Positions 17,827 through 24,442 of a stretch of DNA of 32,000 nucleotides are shown here, piece by piece. The stretch comes from an uncultured archaeon (GTDB taxonomy: Archaea > Iainarchaeota > Iainarchaeia > Iainarchaeales > Iainarchaeaceae): assembly GCA_964577555.1 (NCBI GenBank), contig CAZNZM010000001.1, forward strand, positions 117,278 through 149,277. Direction: 5' to 3'. Below the pieces are notes generated by a model, which had not been told where the DNA came from, searched no databases, and saw only the letters and a program-made list of their open reading frames with translations. Every line of letters starts with the position of its first letter. Within the stretch, counting starts at the first letter, position 1. The translations under genes were made by a program, and so were the position numbers.

Positions 17827-18827
17827 GCCAAACAATGAAAGCGACAGCAATTGCAAACGCCAACATAGCATTAGTAAAATACTGGGGAAAAAGAGACCAA
17901 AAACTTACTCTGCCACAAAATTCAAGCATATGCATGGTTTTGGATAAATTATATACAATAACAACAACAGAATTCTCAAAAAAACTGACACATGACACTC
18001 TTATAATTGATGGAAAAAAAGCATCACAGCAAGAACTTGAAAGAACAACAAAACACTTAGATATTATCAGAGAGATAGCTGGAAAAAAAATTTATGCTCA
18101 CATTGAAAGCAAAAATAATTTTCCAAAATCGGCAGGCTTGGCGAGTTCGGCTTCCGGATTTGCGGCTCTTACACTATCTGCAACAAAAGCAATTGGTTTG
18201 GAACTGAATGAAAAAGAACTAAGCATAATTGCAAGGCAAGGTTCTGGAAGTGCAGCAAGAAGCATTCCAGGAGGATTTGTAGAACTCACAAAAGGAACCA
18301 AAAGCGATGGCTCGGATTGTTTTGCATTCCAAATAGCACCAAAAGAACATTGGCCAGAACTTACAATGATTGTTGCAGTAGTTACGAAAAAAGAAAAGCA
18401 AATTTCATCAACAAAAGGAATGGAAAACACAGTTGAAACATCACCTCTTTACAAAGCTTGGCTTGAAACAATAGAAGAAGACCTTGAAAAAACCAGAAAA
18501 GCAATAAAAGAAAAAAACATTGAATTGCTAGGCAAGACAGCAGAAATGAATTGTCTAAAAATGCACTCCACAATGCTTACAACCGAACCACACATCATAT
18601 ATTGGGAACCTGAAACAATAAAATTGATAAAAGAAGTAATGAAAATGCGCTCCGAAGGAATAGAATGCTATTTTACAATAGATGGCGGACCACAAGTAAA
18701 AATAATATGCTTAGAAAAAGACAGAAAAAAAGTTGAAAAAAAAATCAAAAAAATGAAAGAAGTAAAAGCAATCTATTCCTGCCATGCTGGAGACGGAGCA
18801 AGAATTGAAAAAAAAGGGTTATTCTAA
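17823..18827 (+). CDS. mvaD: Mevalonate (di)phosphate decarboxylase family protein; likely phosphomevalonate decarboxylase from operon context
   Basis: NIALVKYWGKRD, AGLASSASGFAAL, ARQGSGSAARS, YFTIDGGPQV. 4-nt overlap with mvk. The substrate call is inference from IPK being present and no phosphomevalonate kinase being seen. Confidence 0.85.
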   Translation: MSQTMKATAIANANIALVKYWGKRDQKLTLPQNSSICMVLDKLYTITTTEFSKKLTHDTLIIDGKKASQQELERTTKHLDIIREIAGKKIYAHIESKNNFPKSAGLASSASGFAALTLSATKAIGLELNEKELSIIARQGSGSAARSIPGGFVELTKGTKSDGSDCFAFQIAPKEHWPELTMIVAVVTKKEKQISSTKGMENTVETSPLYKAWLETIEEDLEKTRKAIKEKNIELLGKTAEMNCLKMHSTMLTTEPHIIYWEPETIKLIKEVMKMRSEGIECYFTIDGGPQVKIICLEKDRKKVEKKIKKMKEVKAIYSCHAGDGARIEKKGLF

Positions 18828-19333
18828 TGAAAGAAAAAGAAGAAATAATTGACATAATAAATGAAAACGACCAAACAATAGGTTTTGCAACCCGCTCAGA
18901 AGTAAAACAAAAAAAACTGCTTTACAGGTGTGCCGGAATATACCTCGAAAGAAACGGAAAAATAGCACTCGAAAAAAGAAGCATGAAAAAAGAAATAAGA
19001 CCTGGAAATTGGAGCATTGTTGAAGAAACCGTAAAAAGCGGGGAAACATTCGAACAAGCAGCAATAAGAGGATTAAAAGAAGAACTAGGCCTGAAAGCAA
19101 TAAACCTAAAATTCGTAGGAAAAAAAATAATTGAAGACATGAAATACCCTGACAAATTCATGCTGGGTATTTTCAAATGCAATGCAAAAGGAAATTTGAA
19201 GTTGCAAAAAGAAGAAGTTGAAAAGGCAAGATTCTTGACGCTAAAACAAGTTGAAGCAATGATAAGAAATGGAAAAAACATAAGCCCATCACTAACAGAA
19301 ACATTTAACATATACATAAAAAGCAAAAGTTGA
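18827..19333 (+). CDS. Nudix-fold hydrolase (IDI-related sequence but lacking IDI metal ligands)
   Basis: Nudix-box-like GETFEQAAIRGLKEELGL (E-x7-R-x-L-x-EE-x-G). TAATG overlap with the upstream gene. Its stop overlaps or abuts the ipk start. Confidence 0.75.
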   Translation: MKEKEEIIDIINENDQTIGFATRSEVKQKKLLYRCAGIYLERNGKIALEKRSMKKEIRPGNWSIVEETVKSGETFEQAAIRGLKEELGLKAINLKFVGKKIIEDMKYPDKFMLGIFKCNAKGNLKLQKEEVEKARFLTLKQVEAMIRNGKNISPSLTETFNIYIKSKS

Positions 19334-19338
19334 TTGAA

Positions 19339-20151
19339 ATGAAAAATGAAAAAAATTTGTATATAATAAAACTTGGCGGCTCGGTAATAACTGAAAAAAA
19401 AACAGGCAAATTCATAATAAAAAAGGAAAAAATTGCGAAAATTGCAAAAGAAATAAAAAAAGCCCAAAAAAAGAAAAAATTCCAATTAATAATAGTACAC
19501 GGAGCAGGCCCTTTCGGGCATAAAATAGTTTCAGAATATGGAATCTCAAACGGAGTAAAAACTAAAAAACAATTTGAAGGATTCAAAAAAACAAAAGAAT
19601 CAATGAGGCGACTATGTAAGCAAATAATCAAAATACTGAAAAAAAACGGAATAAAAGCAACTCCGGCGCAAGACAAAGCAAACATAATTCAACATAACAA
19701 GAAAATTGTTAAACTGAATCTTGAAGGAATAAAAAAAATCTTGAAAACGGAAAAAGTCCCCATACTCCACGGAGACATGGTAAAAGACACTGCAATCGGA
19801 GCATCGGTAGTAAGCGGGGACACTATAATTGCAATTCTTGCAAACAAATTAAATGCAACAAAAGTTTTTTACGGCACTGATGTAAATGGAATATATAACT
19901 CAAATCCAAAAAAAAACAAAAAAGCCAAACTCATAAAAGAAATAAACAACAGCAACATAAAAAAAGTCTTGAAAATGACAACAGGGGCAAACACAATTGA
20001 TGTAACTGGAGGAATGAAAGGAAAATTAGAAGAAATAAGAAAAAACATAAAAGGCATAGAGTGTTTTGTATTCAACCTTCAAAATGAAAAAAACATTAAT
20101 AAACTATTGTTTGGAAAAAAAACCAATTGCACAAAAATAATATTCAACTAA
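19339..20151 (+). CDS. ipk: Isopentenyl phosphate kinase
   Basis: Amino-acid-kinase fold motifs LYIIKLGGSVITEK, IIVHGAGPFGH, VVSGDTII. ATG at 19339, with an alternative TTG at 19330. Confidence 0.9.
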   Translation: MKNEKNLYIIKLGGSVITEKKTGKFIIKKEKIAKIAKEIKKAQKKKKFQLIIVHGAGPFGHKIVSEYGISNGVKTKKQFEGFKKTKESMRRLCKQIIKILKKNGIKATPAQDKANIIQHNKKIVKLNLEGIKKILKTEKVPILHGDMVKDTAIGASVVSGDTIIAILANKLNATKVFYGTDVNGIYNSNPKKNKKAKLIKEINNSNIKKVLKMTTGANTIDVTGGMKGKLEEIRKNIKGIECFVFNLQNEKNINKLLFGKKTNCTKIIFN

Positions 20152-20862
20152 ATTCAACATAAACAAAAAATTGGCTAAAAAAATAAAAAATTAAAAAAAA
20201 TAAGAAAAACACCTTAAAAAGAACTAAAAAATAAGCATAGGTAGATCGCAAAAAAAAAGAAAATTCAATTAAAAAACAAAAAAATAATGTCAAAAAAAAC
20301 AACACACAAAAACAAAAAAAACAACTTGACAAAAAAAAGAATTCAAAAAAAAAGAAAAATGACAAAAAAATTGGCTTGCAAAAATAAATCCAAAAAAACA
20401 CATAAACAACGCCTAAAATGCAAAAAAAGAGCTGAAAAATAAAAACAAAAAATCAATTAAAAAAAATAAAATTGTCTAAAAAAAGGCTCACAAAAAAAAC
20501 AACTTTGACAAAAAAAAATACCAAAAAAACGGCTCGCCAAAAAAACAAAATTAAAAAAATGGCTTGCAAAAAACAAAACAAAAAAAATGACCAACAAAAA
20601 AAATACCAAACAAAAAAATAATTCAAAAAAAATAAATAACAAAAAAAACTTGGCTCGCCAAAAAAACGGATTGAAAAAAAAACCGCAAAAAAATAGCTCA
20701 CAAAAAAAACAATTAAAAAAAATAAAATCGACTAAAAAATTGGCCAAAAAATAAATTAATAATTAAAAAAACTAAAACCAAGATTAACAGAAACAAAAAA
20801 ACAAGAAACAAGACAAAAATTTTAAATTAAAACTTGGCTAGAAAACTCAGAAAATTACAAAT
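20152..20862 (+). repeat. A-run/GC-island mosaic repeat region, copy B (largest)
   Basis: Same architecture as 3001-3371. 20523-20573 is identical to 30130-30180. 20321-20396 is near-identical to 30254-30331. 20689-20740 resembles 3314-3360. Confidence 0.9.
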
Positions 20863-21423
20863 TCACAAAAAAAAATTTTTCCCCTGCTCGTCGCTATAAA
20901 CTATTCTAATTGTCTCCCTAAGCCAAACAGGATAATTTGATGAACCGCCTTGAATATCTTTCAAAACGGTTTTTGCTGGGATTTTAATTATTTTATTATT
21001 AGTATGGCTTGCAGAAGGAATTATTTTGCCAGAGTATTCCGTAAATGCGGCCAGGCAATATTCATTTTCACAAGAACCATCTCCATAATCCTTCTCATAA
21101 GAATAACCTCCAAGAATCTTGATTTCAACTTTTTTTATCCCATATTCGTCTTCCAAGCACCTGATAGCCGAATCAATGGGCTTCTCACCAGCCAAAACAT
21201 GGGTTGTCGGCGAATCAAATACGCCACCGCCAACTTTATTACGAGGTCTTTCATGAAGAACAAGTTCTTTTTTGTCATTAAAAACAAGAACTTGAATTGC
21301 CAAATGCTTTACACCGGGCGAAGTATGTCCAGAACGCCTATCAATAATTTTTCCAGTAACCTTGCCAAATTCATCAACACAAACAAGCAACTGGTTTGGG
21401 TTATCCAAAAGACCGTGGGACAT
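20863..21423 (-). CDS. idi: Type-1 isopentenyl-diphosphate isomerase-like Nudix protein (catalytic Cys position is Thr)
   Basis: Aligns by eye to E. coli Idi. H-x6-H (GHTSPGVKH) matches His25/His32. THVLAGE aligns with CGHPQLGE. CENEYC aligns with VENEVC (Glu114/Glu116). YG aligns with ELG. Confidence 0.7.
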   Translation of the reverse strand: MSHGLLDNPNQLLVCVDEFGKVTGKIIDRRSGHTSPGVKHLAIQVLVFNDKKELVLHERPRNKVGGGVFDSPTTHVLAGEKPIDSAIRCLEDEYGIKKVEIKILGGYSYEKDYGDGSCENEYCLAAFTEYSGKIIPSASHTNNKIIKIPAKTVLKDIQGGSSNYPVWLRETIRIVYSDEQGKNFFL

Positions 21424-21509
21424 TCAAAAGTAAAAAAACAAAAGAAAAATAAAGGTTAAGTATTGGAATTTTGCAAACCAAAGTCAATATAAAATACTTA
21501 AACTGGCCA

Positions 21510-21980
21510 TCAAGAATATTTCTTTCTTAATTCCATAAGGCAATTTTTGATCAGATCCAAAGACTCATTAATGTTTTTTGAAACAGAATATTCAAAACCC
21601 TTTGAAACATCATCTTTGCCAAACATCGGATTAGTTGAAAATGAAATTCTTTTACCACGCCATTCCAGCAAGCCAAGATTAAAAAGCCTTGCAAGATGAT
21701 ACCGCAAAGCCTTTTCACCGATTTTTCTTTTTTGAGAAACAAGATAAGAATTCAACTCAGAAATTTTTGGAAACTTCTTTTTTGATATTTGAAAATAAAA
21801 CAAAGCATCAAGAACGTCCAAAACCCCAGACCTTGACTCATTTGGCGAAATAAGACCAGAAGAAAGCGCAAACCAACGAATCAAAGAACGCTTAGTAAGA
21901 GAAACCTCCTGCGGAAAATCCATCTGCCTTATTGTAAAAGAACGCCTCACCAATTCAGCCTCTGGAAACTCCAAAGCCAT
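21510..21980 (-). CDS. Winged-helix (wHTH) DNA-binding protein, hypothetical regulator
   Basis: The segment EKALRYHLARLFNLGLLEWRGKRISF looks like a recognition helix plus wing. 156 aa. No family assignment possible. Confidence 0.5.
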   Translation of the reverse strand: MALEFPEAELVRRSFTIRQMDFPQEVSLTKRSLIRWFALSSGLISPNESRSGVLDVLDALFYFQISKKKFPKISELNSYLVSQKRKIGEKALRYHLARLFNLGLLEWRGKRISFSTNPMFGKDDVSKGFEYSVSKNINESLDLIKNCLMELRKKYS

Positions 21981-21994
21981 ACAAAAACATCTCC

Positions 21995-22042
21995 AAAATA
22001 ATACTAAAATAATATTAGAAATTCTTAAATAATATTAGAAAA
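21995..22042. promoter_or_regulatory. Three direct copies of AAATAATA(C/T)TA, two of them an exact 15-mer AAATAATATTAGAAA spaced 20 bp apart; candidate operator in a divergent promoter
   Basis: Exact copies at 22007-22021 and 22027-22041, each containing the palindrome TAATATTA. A degenerate copy lies at ~21995-22006. Located between the divergent genes 21510-21980 (-) and 22158-22514 (+). Confidence 0.4.
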
Positions 22043-22157
22043 TTTATTAAAAAGATGATAATTCGTCAAAAAACGAATAAAAAAATAAATTTACTACATA
22101 ACAAACTTTAGGTAGGATTTAATAATATAAAAAATGTAAAAATATATTCGGATTAAG

Positions 22158-22514
22158 ATGCTTGAAATTTCAACACAATTATTTCCATATAGGCTCAAAA
22201 TGGAAACCCGCCAACCAATAGAACTTAAAGTCACAATAAAAAACAACAGCAGAGAACCGGCTTTAGTTTCCTATGATATTGCAACAGAAAAAACCCTGGC
22301 TTTGGACAAAGGCGGATACAAGTCAACTGAAAATGTAAAAGTCGGAGTTATTGCACCGGGAGCAAGCATTTCTGGAAGGTTTGAAGTTTTTGCCAAACAT
22401 CTTGCAAAAATCGGGCTTCATAAAATTTATATAAGGGCGACAGAGCATTACAATAACTACAACCTAGTGAAAAATGAATATAGAAAGGAAATAGAAGTTC
22501 TGGTTGATAAATAA
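22158..22514 (+). CDS. Small beta-sandwich-like hypothetical protein (118 aa)
   Basis: Alternating beta-strand pattern IELKVTIKNNSREPALVSYDI ... IAPGASISGRFEVFAK, typical of Ig-like/CARDB-like folds. No signal peptide. Confidence 0.55.
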   Translation: MLEISTQLFPYRLKMETRQPIELKVTIKNNSREPALVSYDIATEKTLALDKGGYKSTENVKVGVIAPGASISGRFEVFAKHLAKIGLHKIYIRATEHYNNYNLVKNEYRKEIEVLVDK

Positions 22515-22552
22515 ATTTAAAAAAAATGTTTTTGAATGACTTGGTGTTGGTA

Positions 22553-22666
22553 TGATAAGAATAAAAACTGAAAAATGCCAGGAATGCGGAGAATTAGTTC
22601 AAGTATTCAATATTGCAAATCACAAAAAGAATCATGAATTGGAAAAGAAAAAACAAACAGGATAAT
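22553..22666 (+). CDS. 37-aa C2H2-like zinc-finger microprotein (below the ORF-track size cutoff)
   Basis: My translation is MIRIKTEKCQECGELVQVFNIANHKKNHELEKKKQTG, with pattern C-x2-C-x11-H-x3-H. GGTG at 22544-22547 lies 5 nt upstream of the ATG. TAA stop. Confidence 0.5.
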
Positions 22667-22708
22667 TGCAAATGATTATTCAACCAAAAGAGTTGAGTTC
22701 TTACAGTT

Positions 22709-23437
22709 TCAGGGCTTGGCAAACAATTTTCTTAAAGCAGTTGGAATATATCTATCTGGAAGATTAAATAAGAGACTAGCCACAAGAGGTTTTGTAATAT
22801 TTAATGGATAAGCGTTAACCTCTGTGACTAAAGCTCTTTCACCGGGAAGTGTGTTCCTTCTATCATAAATTTTTATCTTTACTTCATGCCTCATAAAAAA
22901 TTTATCCCTTATAGGCCCATGAATTTCGGGGTTTGAAGGAGCATATAAGTATATTTTTGGAGAAAATAATGACTCTAATATAGCAGTACGATGACTAAAT
23001 AAAAATCGCAAAATAGCATATGTCTGTGAATGTATTCCAAATTTTTTTTTAAATTCTTGATCCCTATTTCCAAGCAGTTTAGCCCTTTCAGTTGGGTCTT
23101 TACATTGTTCTTCTCCTACTCTTTGCACGCTTCTTATAACTATTATACGCGCCCCATTTAATGAACCTTGTGTAAATTCAAGCGCATACATTGTTGGTTG
23201 AGAAATAGTATAATCTCCAGGGGATTTCCATTTCAAAATAAAGTAATTATTATGAGATCTGTATCCGTCATAATTTGTAAAACCCTTTGTTATTGCTTCT
23301 GAAGAATTAGGAATAGCAGCAAAATGTTTTCTAAAACCATGGCTTGCCAACAAGCTTGCTTTTTCTTTAAGTTGTAAACTATTGAATGATTGGCCCCATA
23401 AATTTAAACTATTTTTTTTGCGGATTTGTCGAGGCAT
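22709..23437 (-). CDS. Hypothetical protein with basic N-terminus (242 aa)
   Basis: A long ORF with ordinary composition and no recognised motif. See the possible paralogy with 10850-11581. Confidence 0.6.
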   Translation of the reverse strand: MPRQIRKKNSLNLWGQSFNSLQLKEKASLLASHGFRKHFAAIPNSSEAITKGFTNYDGYRSHNNYFILKWKSPGDYTISQPTMYALEFTQGSLNGARIIVIRSVQRVGEEQCKDPTERAKLLGNRDQEFKKKFGIHSQTYAILRFLFSHRTAILESLFSPKIYLYAPSNPEIHGPIRDKFFMRHEVKIKIYDRRNTLPGERALVTEVNAYPLNITKPLVASLLFNLPDRYIPTALRKLFAKP

Positions 23438-23815
23438 AAGTTTTCACTTTATTTTTAAAAAAATATATTAATATATATAACATTTATTATACATAACAAA
23501 TTTTAAACAAACACTTAAAAAATTATTAAATAAAACCCAAAACAATTTGTTGCATTCTATTCATTCTATTATACAAGCAAAATTTTAATTTTTCAAAAAA
23601 TCCCTTCGTAATTTTGACGTATAATATACCTTATACGGCATTATAACATTATATTGTTAATTTTAAGTCAAAAAAGAATAATATTAAAGGAAGAAAGGGG
23701 GTTAAAGCTAAAAAAAATAAAAATTTGGAGAATTTGGGATTAAATTTGGGTTTAAAAATAAAGTAAAAAAGAGGAATAAAAAGAAGAAAAAAACAATAAA
23801 ATTATGTATAATGAA

Positions 23816-24187
23816 TTAGATTTTCTTAAATATCCTGGAAAATGGATTTGACATAGCCAATTTATATTGCCCTTTTTCTTCAATAAGCTCCCCCATATGG
23901 ACTAAATATTTAACTACTTCAACTACATCCCTCTCTTCAAAACCGCCAATTTTTGAAATTGAAGTTATGTCTAAAGAACCATTTTCCATCATCAAAAACT
24001 TTATTGAAAAAATAAGATTAGACCAATAAGCCAGCTCCTTTCCAAAATTTTTTTGAAAAAAACGGGCATCAAACAAAAGCTTTGTCATAAAATCAGTATT
24101 AGGATTAATAATAGCTTCCTTCATTTCTGAATTCAGTGCAAAAGCTTTTTGCCAAAGGGAATTCTCAATTATAGGTTTGGACATCAA
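23816..24187 (-). CDS. Small wHTH-like hypothetical protein (123 aa)
   Basis: C-terminal ERDVVEVVKYLVHMGELIEEKGQYKL resembles a winged-helix recognition helix plus wing. Confidence 0.45.
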   Translation of the reverse strand: MMSKPIIENSLWQKAFALNSEMKEAIINPNTDFMTKLLFDARFFQKNFGKELAYWSNLIFSIKFLMMENGSLDITSISKIGGFEERDVVEVVKYLVHMGELIEEKGQYKLAMSNPFSRIFKKI

Positions 24188-24236
24188 TTCAAATTTAAAA
24201 AGACAACAATTTTAAAAAAAATAGGTAAAAATAAAA

Positions 24237-24303
24237 GGAACGGGCGCCAAAAAGACTTCCAAAAAGGAGTTTACTCACAAGCGAGTTACAGCCTGGCCCG
24301 TCC
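24237..24303. ncRNA. GC-enriched island with a long-range stem; candidate small structured RNA, strand and class unknown
   Basis: About 52% GC by my count against a ~1/3 GC background. GGAACGGGC (24237-24245) pairs with GCCCGTCC (24296-24303) with one bulge, enclosing ~50 nt. Lies in a 255-bp spacer. No tRNA, C/D or H/ACA signature found. Confidence 0.2.
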
Positions 24304-24442
24304 TTTTGTTTCGGTTTATCTGCAATGTAACAGATGTTTCACCGCAAGGAAAAGGAAATTCCCTATTAATATACTTCCTTATTAGCTTTCCAAACAAGAA
24401 AACAATATTTTCAACAAGAGCGTTTTAATACAACTCGACAAA

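Noticed and set aside
20144-20747. Phe-rich minus-strand ORFs (85, 82 and 96 aa) in repeat region B, and 29947-30442 in region C.
   Set aside because: They are poly-T translation artefacts of the same repeats. They overlap one another in different frames and have extreme F/C/L composition.
20152-20862. CRISPR array.
   Set aside because: There is no constant-length direct repeat alternating with unique spacers. The units are A-runs with variable short islands. No cas genes are in the window.
24149-24385. 78-aa plus-strand ORF.
   Set aside because: It overlaps the start of the 23816-24187 gene on the other strand, has no RBS, and covers the GC-rich island, which is better explained as structured RNA or DNA.
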